Below are positions 39,501 through 45,471 of a stretch of DNA of 64,000 nucleotides, one piece after another. A program made the position numbers and the translations under genes. The notes under the pieces were generated by a model. That model made no database searches and had not been told where the DNA came from. It was given only the letters and a program-made list of their open reading frames with translations. The stretch is from IMG/VR virus record IMGVR_UViG_3300001846_000219, one strand, 5' to 3'. The DNA is from a virus. Each line of letters begins with the position of its first letter. Positions within the stretch are counted from its first letter, which is position 1.

Positions 39501-42500
39501 ATCTTACGATGCAGCAATGCTCTATCTGAACACAGATATGGGTCTGCAGCACGTGACAAATCAAGCAGAAGAAACTGTCTATGCTTATAAGTTGGCACGT
39601 GATATGTCGATTCTCGCGATCCGCAATAAGCTTGGGTTTAATCCCTTGGAGGATGATCCTACTCTGCCTCCTCGTGGTGATTATGATTACAATGCAAACG
39701 GTAACGGTTTCTATGATGCAGCAAATGAAATCAGAAATAATCTGAGATTCATTGCTACCACTGCTGTCGGACGTGGCATAACAAATTATCCTTCTCTCGT
39801 CATCCCTGGTGGTTATCAGAACTGTGTTGACGACACTGTTGACATCCTTGAGAGATTGATTTTCAACCTCGCTCACGGTGGCAACAATATGATGTACTAC
39901 GCGACCGAGTTCTATATCACTAACGCGAATGCAATCTCGCACGTAACCTCTCAGGCAACAGAAACTAAGTACATTTTCGAGCAGGCACGCGACATCGCAA
40001 TTCAAGTGATGCGTGGTCAATCTGTTACAACCAACGGCACAACCGAAGGTACTCAACTGATTGATACCACGATCACTGCCGATACCGCTAACCCAACTTG
40101 CCAAAACGAAGCTGCTGCTATCAACACCCTAATGGGTATTGTGATTAATCTGTTCACAAATACTGGCGATCCTCAGGGTTATCTGAATGGTATTTCTAAG
40201 ACTCTGCCTGGCGAATGGCCGCTGACTGGTGAGCGTGCAATCCGTCGCGATCTGACTATCACGTATGACCAGTCTGGTATGGGTCTGTGTGCTGTGGTTT
40301 CTTCCACAATCGATACTCTGTTTGGTTATGTTATCAATGTTGTGGATACTGCTGCTCAAGGTAGTGGCAACTATCTGTCCAACCAGGGCATTACCAAGAC
40401 AGTTGCTTCTACTTCCAATACCCTGACTTCTGGCGCTGGTCTCTGTTATAACGTCAAATCTGCTGCAAATGTTCTTTTCGATCTTCTCGAAGACACTCTC
40501 GGACGTGCACCTGAGATGTATCGTCAAGCAGCACGTTTGGTTCTGATCAACGATAACTACATCAATCGCGAATCTTACTACAAGACCCTCAACACATACT
40601 CTGGTTATGGTGGAGATGAAACATTTGGCGATTCTATCCGTAAAGCATACGCATATGATCTCCTGACGGATGGTAACGCTAAGACTCTCGCACTGGTGAA
40701 CTCTTGGTTTGATGCTGAAGGCAACTTCATTGCATTCCCTGGAACATTCAGAACCTATCTGATCTTCCACGCGAATGCAGTCAAAGATTTAACCAAGCAA
40801 ATTGTTCTGCAAACAGCAGCAAATCCTGGTGCATATAACTTAGAACCTGTTTACACAAATCTCGAACTTCGTGTAAATCAGTCTGCAGCGGATAAGATTG
40901 ATCAGTTGGATCACCTGGTCCAAACTGCTCTCGTCAGGTCTAAGCCCCCAACAACACTTCTCAAGTACAACTTTGATGCTGGTGTTGCTGTTAACGCGAA
41001 TGGTTCCATCACTGTTGTTGGCACCCATCCATTTGAGGCGTACGACATTGTTAACTACTCTGTCCTTGGAACTTCTATCGCTGAACTTAATCGTGCACAG
41101 TATTACATTCACCCCGATACAACTGCATCTACCATCTGGTTGGCAGAATATATCGATGGTGAAAAGATCAGATCTCTGACTCCTGGAACTGCAGGTCAAA
41201 TTCATACCCTGGCAGTTAATAGGAACACTGGTATCACTAGAATTCCTACTACATATGGTGATCGCGACATTCCTACGCCTATATCTGGTGGTATTCAGGC
41301 AGCGGATGTGTTCTATGGAACAAACACTGGTGCATACGCAGAAGTCATTCGCATTCAGGACAACCTCGCGAGCGTGCTTTACAATATCAAGCACCTCACA
41401 ATCACCCACACAACTCCCGAACAGAAGTTCTTCAATAATGAAACGGTCGTTGTGAATGGTGCCACAGCAAATACGGGCACAATCCTTTCTACTGATGGTG
41501 AGACCTACGTCAAGGTCATTGTGAATGGTGGTGCCTTCTCCAATGGCGACACCATCGAAGGTATTGATAGTGGTGCTCAAGGCAATGTGACTTTGGATCC
41601 CGACAATCGTCTTCTGGTCAATTTCCGTCGTGGCGAATTCATTGCAACCGATATCTTCTTCTCTAAGCAAGACACTGGTTCTGCAAACGCTCTGATCGTT
41701 CGCAATAATGATGGTGCTTTGACGGATAACCAAAATGGTCGCGTCACTTTCGATATTGAGACCGTTACTGGTGAATTCAAACCATCTGACGTGATCTACG
41801 GTTCTGTTACCGATCAGATTATTGAGATTGAGAGTTTCAATGTCACTCCTGGATTTGGTGAGTATATTCACTCCACCGAAATCACAAGATTCACATATGG
41901 TGCTCTTATCACAGATACAGGCGTTACCGATACATTCCGAGTTGGTGATGTTCTGCAACTCCAGAATGCAGGTCAGTCAGTGGGTCACACCTTCGTCGTT
42001 ACCGAACACGACATTGATAATAACTACGTCTATCTCGCGAATGAGACTGGTCGTTTCTCCTTGATCGGTTCAAACCTCACCGTGATCGCTGGCGATCCTG
42101 CTTACACTCTCGCGAAGATTCCTTCTGGATCTAACTTCCCCAGTGTCTACACCGACGTTATCACGCAAGTTACCATCACGCCTACAACTGCATATGGCAA
42201 GATTGCTAAGATTGAGCAAATCGGTCTTCGTGCAATTCTACACCTAGAAGATTGTAGTGGAACATTCTTGAAGAACTCTCAGATCATTGGTGACAATGGA
42301 TTCCGTGGTGCTTGCTCACAAGCAAGAGAACTTCGCGGGCGCGTGAGAAGATTCTTCAGAGGTTTCGACGGTATTCAAACCAACTTCAAACTGACCACTG
42401 GTAATGGTGATTCTTACTTCCCAGATCCCGCTGGTCATATGATGATCTTTGTGAATGGTATTCTGCAACCTCCTGGTGGTAGCAACGCCTACACAGCGTT

Positions 42501-43650
42501 CTCCGACAACATTCAGTTCACTGAGGCACCTGCCGTTGGTTCTACTTTCCACGGCGTCTACGTGGGTAAACTGAGACAGTTGGATGACATCTCCTTCGAC
42601 TTCGACTCGCTGAGAAACTCCTTCAACCTGAAACTGGGTGGCGTGTTCTACTCGCTGACACTGACTGATGGTGTTCAGTCCAACACGATCAAACCTGAGA
42701 ACAACATCATTTGCCAGTTGAACGGTGTTATTCAGGAACCTGGAATCGGTTTCGAGATCGTTGGTTCTAGAATCATCTTCTCTGAGATTCCTCGCGCAGG
42801 TTCGACCTTCGTTGCCTTCTCATACATCGGTTCTGACGTTGACGTTATCGCGGCAACGGTTGTTCCCCCGATTGAAGCGGGTGATATTCTCCAGATCGAA
42901 GGTGAAGATGAGTCTAGAACTGTCGCTCTGATCGAATCTTCCAACTCCTTGATCACGTTTGAATACTCGGGCGCAGTTCGCGGTCGTAATGGTCAGGCAT
43001 TGGCAGAAATTGAGAAGGGTCGTGTGATTGAAGCAATCCTCACCAATTCTGGTGATGGTTATAGCGACAGACCTCAAGTCGATGTGGTTTCCTCCTCTGG
43101 TTTTGGTGCTCGCATCAAGGCACTTGTTGGTCTCGCACGCATCGACGTGAAGAATGCTGGTCAAGGTTATACATTGCCCAGAGTCGCAGTTAATACAACT
43201 GTTCCCGACACATTCCTTGGTCCCACAGGTGCTGCGTTGAACGGTGGTATTGACATCTATGATCCCAACTACGTTCCCCCTGGCGATGAAACTCCTCAGG
43301 GTGAGAGAGCAATCGTGATTGAATCCCAACCCGTTAACACCACAGTCAACCAGGGTGAGACCGCATCCTTTACGGTCATTGCTTCCACAAACCCCACTGG
43401 TGGGTCTATCGCCTACCAGTGGCAGAAGAAGGACTATGGATCTACAGAATGGATCAACATTGATGGCGCTACATCACCCACTTACGTTACTCCTGCAACC
43501 ACTCAGGCAGATGGCGGTGATGAGTATCGCGTTGGTATCACATCGCCTGGTGCAACACCTGTCCTGTCCAACTCTGCAGTCCTCGGTATTAACATTGGTG
43601 CTACGGTGATCTCTGGATTTACCGCTGACCAGATCTTTGACGACAACTAA
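24586..43650 (+). CDS. gp7: Giant gp7-like baseplate wedge/structural protein (6354 aa)
   Basis: N-terminus QIPAFIKED..QFVKFLEEYYKSQE; position after gp6; many GxGY beta-repeats, a YHYH-like segment, LamG-like domains, helical repeats and a C-terminal Ig-like domain. Confidence 0.8.
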   Translation: MKAVTVSQRIQDQIPAFIKEDNQQFVKFLEEYYKSQEKVGRPYDILNNILNYTDIGSDEFDPNFLSSESAVLEKVDPTQNKIIAENVNYFLEKDGSLKIDNEVIYYESVTHSPDVIFTPGVNKQEFDRKIQEFESISSEFNGSKTLFNLRLLGSPVTPQSAEHLLVIVNNEFQFPNRDYFLEGDKIRFQTPPQSPTGSLTGAVNIIRYLIGYTNVPVRYLDPIVVPQDISQTEFNLTLQTQLYTPLSTVSAIVIVNRSEKVPFADYTVFQNKIIFKEAPVPGSQIDVLSVELIAPEFGSGASAVSKIVDGQLDDIIVKNGGSNYRLSFAPKVNISSTLGPGENATAEALVNGIKNVTLLASGQGYTSANPPLVEVDAPASAEGQAARLTATVSDEIEGVISLNVISSGSGYDRIPSIKFINPGGAKISNPTITDGRVDLGSIQVIDPGFGYTTAPRVYLDLPTGDNAIVASLQAVLDDTGRLLRVDVLGQGQGYETVPRARIIDPVGAQILDVNVTGGRVTNVELLTGGRGYTDAPSVYIVDNRKDIAGNPIGGTGATAVATIFNGEITDINITSFGTGYSDTEPPQIFIAAPPSPAASCDVGFGEVTGFTIHNAGRGYEPSAFVNCSRGVSAVTEYDQKGNQVYSLESDTVQSSHAVGATIYNIDNLFAKELYRRYVNQYLPNADIDYTKVNAPQIIKTISDFYASKGTKISTQYLFKMLYSENVDVSYPKDEIIKPSAATWNVDTVLRAELISGDSRNLQDSQLFQFADAVDSTIKDASVLIENVIAINTGVGTVYELAISEETLQGTFSIPYKTTLVEALDTDTSIITVDSTIGWPERNGTIRINDEEIVQYKEKTLNQFIECTRSKNGVVEDWDAGTPIYADMFVYANYGTSTECKLRVLGIADAKSTVLSDTGSYYLPGDKLNVASLGSTTDDQRVTSWLYNVKKLISVSQIVPGGLNNQTATVTCVNNHGLLVGDSVTIYGANPTVFNGTFLVTSRLSNTVFEYTIPQPAANEPQGNILLSVDLNKGKSSEPGIDVAVRNFTTNVQNTFFNDQYSYIASSGIPNYEVGPFLGSALLPGNQRKLIRIPRVINTVSRREDIQFGPIGSWVNGVSAWSYKSQNKIKFGGVTSITIDNPGTGYDAAVPPVIEITGGGGSGASATVVVNGSLFEIEVTAGGTGYTSSPLVSIVGGGGFGATATAVITNGRVSRILVESPGQGYTSQPTVSVSGGGGTGCTAVATVRGPIQSVATTSSGSGYTSSPTLKLNSGEGAVAQPIIINGRIVSIAIIAAGRGYTTAPRVIINGDGYGAVAKATIGTVGEDRGKVIGVTIINRGIGYSTGTTTVRLEAIGQSAQFSANVFEWTRNLQDQLALNFDAARGYVFAGYNTQYGGEYAHVSDPKQLRYVLGDNVFRNPSTAQLQELSTGYVHSPILGWAFDGNPIYGPYGYIDATDQSSGIRRIRSSYSVKSRLVYDADTNPVPLREDGPLLSDYPAGSFIDDYEYVFQLGDLDQYNGRFCKTPEYPEGVYAYFVSIDASDFGNPVFPYICGPQLYSQPDTWNFSQDAVQTNIPSDVVRFRDPYEDVDIDIDRQPNAATDTLVTEFGDDLIFEIEDLNRDGLINNLEATEPQVITEEPVLQVFDYYPRVSVRSEVDIDIETTTKFEDAKIDGFVIENPGVSYKVSDKLYFDNEGTEGFGASAKVSAVKGLTIAGYTSYMSNDEPYGQITTDGEHELRVGDEVIVNSTPILDETNKTFRVKVISGVEKVDVVQAGLGYSEEIPPTYEIITSQGQDFTIELPRTEAGGVNKVNIINSGSGYDEDNPPEIRVTHPQRFKKAAYFLSFLEENNSVTTINDIQIADDRTIYVCGKTSVEDGDTAGVLAKFNSDGRLLWKRTLIPTVPNAQDKSLVWNSLYVENSNPHNIYVIGETIPNVGNLTHNPDVVVAKYQSGFDNANNPDGIIQWQRDIAGISGSTRRDYATTIRLDQEGRLMIGGYTDANSTSPDDMWVSLLDLDGSVMEKRKIASTSGTEHLHQLEWKSNDTFLFCGISDPNGTGDIIIGETYYDTATIEIQWSKSIVSGPVYRYSNPSFTVDDYGAVYVTATVINSDDKNYGVMYTKFDGNNWNTALTSKLYVPQGTYESCESAGIKFDIFGNIDLGVFVKRAFNQCESVTSKISWNTGNIIASSTLVESSGIGYHPIAISSDNSGDTIVAGNKVESDQLAIFNWDTASNVFEETYNDTLKTGTNTQWYATGNAIIDTNKYYDGVSSIQLDAPNSLALQYGSDLSNQWTLEAFWALSTAQYSANNTDPEFYSVSDSLGNTVSCGVIGDNTDPNYGKVYVNLSGTTTYSTGSTFWSPFNAETFAHVSLSKERAGVGSYTYRVFINGNLAHSVTSTTIDVLLRDASLGPQAAPTSTTGWIGWIDNFVISNSTKYTAAFTPAVVVGSSSPVKSFIYKVDKDRTKLGTFTLDDVESGHTITISSNTSYTFNTLNQTITDWALGPAGIQILDYSDVAAQHVPGIFTFTDTSETYAERTATIPTVGGKKLLLQATVIPKFYFRDAKYSSIDLVKTITFNQEATFTKGSILQQYQVIGGDDVVSAYGTIVEVGTNSCKIGKIIGNFDTQKLLKSSVGDINTLDRNFSAATTIPQWQENFSYTTGDEVYNDGKIYTATSTGISGPLDPTHTTGIVTDGNVNWAFTAVSGTFVIDLANTAYSGGILSDFASWREFSPQDYTIKIESIYDDSSFIKGDTIDADAVNLTFSVDSTGKIATFGGLIGVKSFSLFATLDKDVIPSAALTNTDLVFCSATSRHNFEENEIIFTERFATNDYNGSFFIEEVFNSREFTFRLRSTAVQDPTFSGTGSSVGNINIYAKHPKFLFVRYHQYIFDLDDPSNFGYYLSFSKDNQYKLEYPFINIIREGTPGLTDDDSPTPLVKFVVTDAVTNISYYFDPSRTGTNSPVGEGSFIDVITTPYAGTFRVSATGSVGTTFDFKLFNEPEKTTAPVGNNEFGNPRSYYSTSSLKAIGPIADIKLVNPGGFYQKLPIVTDIASNREIEKVRILNGGTEYVNGVYYNVPIQGDGEGASCNITVQDDGDFTGVITDVVLTSAGEGYKTAYIDVDGISGILGPLLAGSGAQLEVVIPDEGSGASVFLQGKSIGKIKKLKNNEFGFGYSHDYTLRPEITFPVNLQLFNTAILSEIKITDPGSGYTSVPAVVIEGGGGTGAEAEAVVKNNRLSEIIIKNPGAGYSSEPTVTLKSEFNYVVNVDLGYLQFNFPHGITTGAEVQLRAEDLGSTVGILPKPSSAGLVSLNPNQIYYAIAGEQNSLESDQLRIALTKLDAESGSFITFLTQGEGRQVLLTEVFGGQAEAIVETSRFLEGELVYQGSSLELASATGYVSTNEGWQIGPRILKLENYDGIWKDGERVTGQVSRASGLIDNLSIARGTLNIASLTTTPGQFIDDVGKPSEIVQKIQDSYFYQNFSYVIKSQTPINEWRKSILETNHPVGFNMFGELAISGGKDISGRKVISDLVKEVNISSYTNINQITSFANAQPIYTEFNNTEVLFRRKRLTNSEEILTSIVKKIDDISSDFNGIRTQFPLNVEGESITATETQMFVLINGVAQAPGDAFSTSGPSIVFTEAPKAPSRIKFREVDYAQIEITRLTFSNISGIFPLLGYKVRGIVSEAIATVIDSGVDYIDVINVEGTFQINESILSSQTGFNSVLSNVATVSQKTIYEQGERITNLSGDFAIIEESNLQDGTITSHLVVSRTSGTDKYETGEFNIKFNDIIYSSRSKIAARVTVIAPYSDDVSGQIIDQVDLSPASSFFALVFQRVPSTTFPNVILDNIGDTVINPTEIDSTESNNQDFLDFERVRNQEIRYTNLAGNDFAPGTDIRLKKIYFGNSSLRTVKDPRANNASESILKNLDFIAEEAVGKMLEFYPSFQIQSVGGNSDCQDDIKDILTAIAWQLEYDGNSEIWDAANTYVQGNSVYHLDGAVPQTVYAMEQARDLAIKCINMITINPEHTRLSQWKDLTVTPEYTVIDNSHADARNLILANKWFIAHESLYYAKQQNPGLVVPGGDVNCLSDIVDVLEAMTYNLAHGGNDFMYDATERYLTGAHVAGYEDDTVNAFTKARDMAIEVMRNNAITKQDTSHGWVQSFDLTITADTQSPACQQVASSITTLMGMLITSIGTTASPGTLAAFEAAYTETAPSPTYNTNREAIPYENACVNQTSAVTNFFHIITDSLQDPTGADPTTYQWSISNLTRVEPPYAFEDGETIRSIKHNYKNKSSGGFFNFGDTIRGMSSGATSEVIGTNAGSKWIYTKAVTGSYSANEYITNSLMTATNASVDLLMSKVGSGSVSFTGTGSKLEFPADERVDFGTADFTIEAWIRPSGVSGVQRIIDCRASGTDVAVTLFMSGTSLRYGTGAGDHITATSAITTANQWYHIAVSRASNTTKLFVNGVQVGSDYTDNNDYADNAFKVGASWNSGETFAGHIDEFLIRKGTASYGSGFTPPIVYNYSGLDISFAFNGNTPFPIEHTAIYATYLQTIISSATANGVELFRQEIMTEEVDTGRDVYRDCADIIEKNRYWIAEEAVGRMKATYPEFVMPGDYGNSTQGTDYCLRDTHSFILPAIINDLRYGGNYNTIVAGRGYLEGSGALKHINGELLQSIYSWREVAKLCIKVITEDETDLSGEYTDRIRVPNYFSSPASTQIQNFITDLVDDMLDVLGPTGHRFRDGADLLYFNRKAIADEAVYMLEEKWKVNIAFYEQNKLSIPGGREKCVRDVRDYIVPAVAGDLLTGGNSNIQGIIDFYLDAQSNINHVESELLPMLDAIEYVKMLCGYAIENLLISRSENIANLTGTSPQTIDDFYQFQYTDFAAFRKDTAVEPTFLGDPKIYQGDNYAIDASNLLEQNARTIAEEAIDLVTKTSAFQHSNFRVPGGKVNCEDDIVGFIEAVIHDLRFAVNEKSYDAAMLYLNTDMGLQHVTNQAEETVYAYKLARDMSILAIRNKLGFNPLEDDPTLPPRGDYDYNANGNGFYDAANEIRNNLRFIATTAVGRGITNYPSLVIPGGYQNCVDDTVDILERLIFNLAHGGNNMMYYATEFYITNANAISHVTSQATETKYIFEQARDIAIQVMRGQSVTTNGTTEGTQLIDTTITADTANPTCQNEAAAINTLMGIVINLFTNTGDPQGYLNGISKTLPGEWPLTGERAIRRDLTITYDQSGMGLCAVVSSTIDTLFGYVINVVDTAAQGSGNYLSNQGITKTVASTSNTLTSGAGLCYNVKSAANVLFDLLEDTLGRAPEMYRQAARLVLINDNYINRESYYKTLNTYSGYGGDETFGDSIRKAYAYDLLTDGNAKTLALVNSWFDAEGNFIAFPGTFRTYLIFHANAVKDLTKQIVLQTAANPGAYNLEPVYTNLELRVNQSAADKIDQLDHLVQTALVRSKPPTTLLKYNFDAGVAVNANGSITVVGTHPFEAYDIVNYSVLGTSIAELNRAQYYIHPDTTASTIWLAEYIDGEKIRSLTPGTAGQIHTLAVNRNTGITRIPTTYGDRDIPTPISGGIQAADVFYGTNTGAYAEVIRIQDNLASVLYNIKHLTITHTTPEQKFFNNETVVVNGATANTGTILSTDGETYVKVIVNGGAFSNGDTIEGIDSGAQGNVTLDPDNRLLVNFRRGEFIATDIFFSKQDTGSANALIVRNNDGALTDNQNGRVTFDIETVTGEFKPSDVIYGSVTDQIIEIESFNVTPGFGEYIHSTEITRFTYGALITDTGVTDTFRVGDVLQLQNAGQSVGHTFVVTEHDIDNNYVYLANETGRFSLIGSNLTVIAGDPAYTLAKIPSGSNFPSVYTDVITQVTITPTTAYGKIAKIEQIGLRAILHLEDCSGTFLKNSQIIGDNGFRGACSQARELRGRVRRFFRGFDGIQTNFKLTTGNGDSYFPDPAGHMMIFVNGILQPPGGSNAYTAFSDNIQFTEAPAVGSTFHGVYVGKLRQLDDISFDFDSLRNSFNLKLGGVFYSLTLTDGVQSNTIKPENNIICQLNGVIQEPGIGFEIVGSRIIFSEIPRAGSTFVAFSYIGSDVDVIAATVVPPIEAGDILQIEGEDESRTVALIESSNSLITFEYSGAVRGRNGQALAEIEKGRVIEAILTNSGDGYSDRPQVDVVSSSGFGARIKALVGLARIDVKNAGQGYTLPRVAVNTTVPDTFLGPTGAALNGGIDIYDPNYVPPGDETPQGERAIVIESQPVNTTVNQGETASFTVIASTNPTGGSIAYQWQKKDYGSTEWINIDGATSPTYVTPATTQADGGDEYRVGITSPGATPVLSNSAVLGINIGATVISGFTADQIFDDN

Positions 43651-43666
43651 ATAGTTAAAAAAGGAA

Positions 43667-45445
43667 ATGGCAGCTACTGGTAGTTACAATGCAGTAACAG
43701 ACATCCTTACCGTAACAGGGGATGGTATACCCACCCCTGTTGGGTATGGTACTTTTCCTAATGTAAACAACCCCAATTCGGTAACTAGTTATTCGTTTCA
43801 ACACGCCTTTACGGAAAGGGGTGGTGATAATACAACGAATAGTCAGTCAATTCCATTGGGGATTGTTGGTATTAGTGCGAATGGTGTCGCATTCTTCAAC
43901 CCGAGTGCTGGCGGTGGCGGAAATCCTCCCCAAGGATTTCAATATGTCGCTGCTGGTAATGAAGCACAAATAAGTTTTGGCGAAGATGATTGTGGTGGTC
44001 ACCCCGAGCAGTCTGGTCAATATCACTATCACGATTCTCACTTTCTAGATTGCTGGAAAGAGAATCAGGTGATGGCTGGATATAATGATTACTATGGATC
44101 GTCCCAATACAAGGGCGATAATATGCGTCACCCTGATGGACATTCCAAGATCCTTGGTTATTGCTTTGATGGGTATCCTGTGTATGGACCATATGCATAT
44201 AATGATCCAAATAACAATGAGTCCCCAATTACAACTATGGGGACTGGATATAAGTTGCGGGAGACTGAAGCAGTAAATCGCCCATCATACGGGACTTATC
44301 CTGCTGGCGCATTCATTGAAGATTACATTTATGATGTAGATCTTCCTGGCAGACATTTGGATCTTTATAATGGTCGTTTTGGAGTTACCCCAGAATATCC
44401 CTCTGGAACATTTGCATATTTCGTATCTGTTCATAGAGATGAAACGGAGACAGTCACGTATAATGTGACTGTCACTGCTGAGGATGATGGGAATAAGTAT
44501 CGTCTCAACGGTAATCTTTATCCAGATCTTGAACTGATCCGTGGTAGTACATACATATTCAATCAGGACGATTCCAGTAACAATGTACACCCATTCCATT
44601 TCAGCACATCTGAAAATGGTATTCACGCATCGGGATCTCCTTACAATACTGGCGTGACCTATTACCACGATGGTGTAGAGGTGACGTATGAAGAATATTG
44701 GAATATTAGTAATTTTACCAACGCCGCGACTCGTAGAGTACATTTTACTGTACCCAATGATGCACCAAATACTTTGTATTACTGGTGTTATTGGCACGCC
44801 AATATGGCAGGGTCTTCCACAGTTACTGTTAGAGATAATAAGTATGGAATACCCCAATTCCCATTTATATTTGGTTTAGCATCGAAAGAGCAGTTATCAA
44901 TTCCTGCCAATCAAGGTATTGGTCAGGGTGAAACAACTCCGCCCCCGTCTGGAGGTGGTGGTGAGCCAGAAGTGCCTTCACTTGTCATCAACAATCAACC
45001 GACAAACTCAACGGTTTCGGCATCGAGTCCAGTTTCTTTCACAGTCGTTGCTGAAGTGCAACCCGAAAATGGTCCGATCAACTATCAATGGCAAGTCTCA
45101 TCTGATGGTGGATTTTCCTGGTCCAACATAACAGGTGCTCATTCATCAACATATACCTTTATTGCTCTGTCGTATATGACAGGATATAGGTATCGTGTCA
45201 TCCTTACTGGTCCTATTGGAGCACCTGCATCGGCATCTAACTCTCCACTAGCATCGAACCTGGTGATCTTGACGGTCACTGGTTCGGATAGTGAAATCGA
45301 TCTAACAGCAATCCTCAGATTGGATAGTGGTGATGGTCGATTTGATATGACGGCAGTCACTGTAGATAGAGATAATAACAACCCAACTTTTGCAACAACA
45401 ACAGTTAGATTCGATGATTCTAGCTATGACTTTGACCTTACATAA
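43667..45445 (+). CDS. YHYH-domain virion protein with cupredoxin-like and Ig-like domains
   Basis: CGGHPEQSGQYHYH; HSKILGYCFDGYPVYGPY; YYWCYWHANM; late-promoter-like CTAAATA at 43647. Confidence 0.8.
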   Translation: MAATGSYNAVTDILTVTGDGIPTPVGYGTFPNVNNPNSVTSYSFQHAFTERGGDNTTNSQSIPLGIVGISANGVAFFNPSAGGGGNPPQGFQYVAAGNEAQISFGEDDCGGHPEQSGQYHYHDSHFLDCWKENQVMAGYNDYYGSSQYKGDNMRHPDGHSKILGYCFDGYPVYGPYAYNDPNNNESPITTMGTGYKLRETEAVNRPSYGTYPAGAFIEDYIYDVDLPGRHLDLYNGRFGVTPEYPSGTFAYFVSVHRDETETVTYNVTVTAEDDGNKYRLNGNLYPDLELIRGSTYIFNQDDSSNNVHPFHFSTSENGIHASGSPYNTGVTYYHDGVEVTYEEYWNISNFTNAATRRVHFTVPNDAPNTLYYWCYWHANMAGSSTVTVRDNKYGIPQFPFIFGLASKEQLSIPANQGIGQGETTPPPSGGGGEPEVPSLVINNQPTNSTVSASSPVSFTVVAEVQPENGPINYQWQVSSDGGFSWSNITGAHSSTYTFIALSYMTGYRYRVILTGPIGAPASASNSPLASNLVILTVTGSDSEIDLTAILRLDSGDGRFDMTAVTVDRDNNNPTFATTTVRFDDSSYDFDLT

Positions 45446-45448
45446 ATA
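45442..45448 (+). promoter_or_regulatory. T4-type late promoter
   Basis: ATAAATA upstream of 45472. Confidence 0.65.
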
Positions 45449-45471
45449 ACACCGTAGGAACCCTCCCAATT

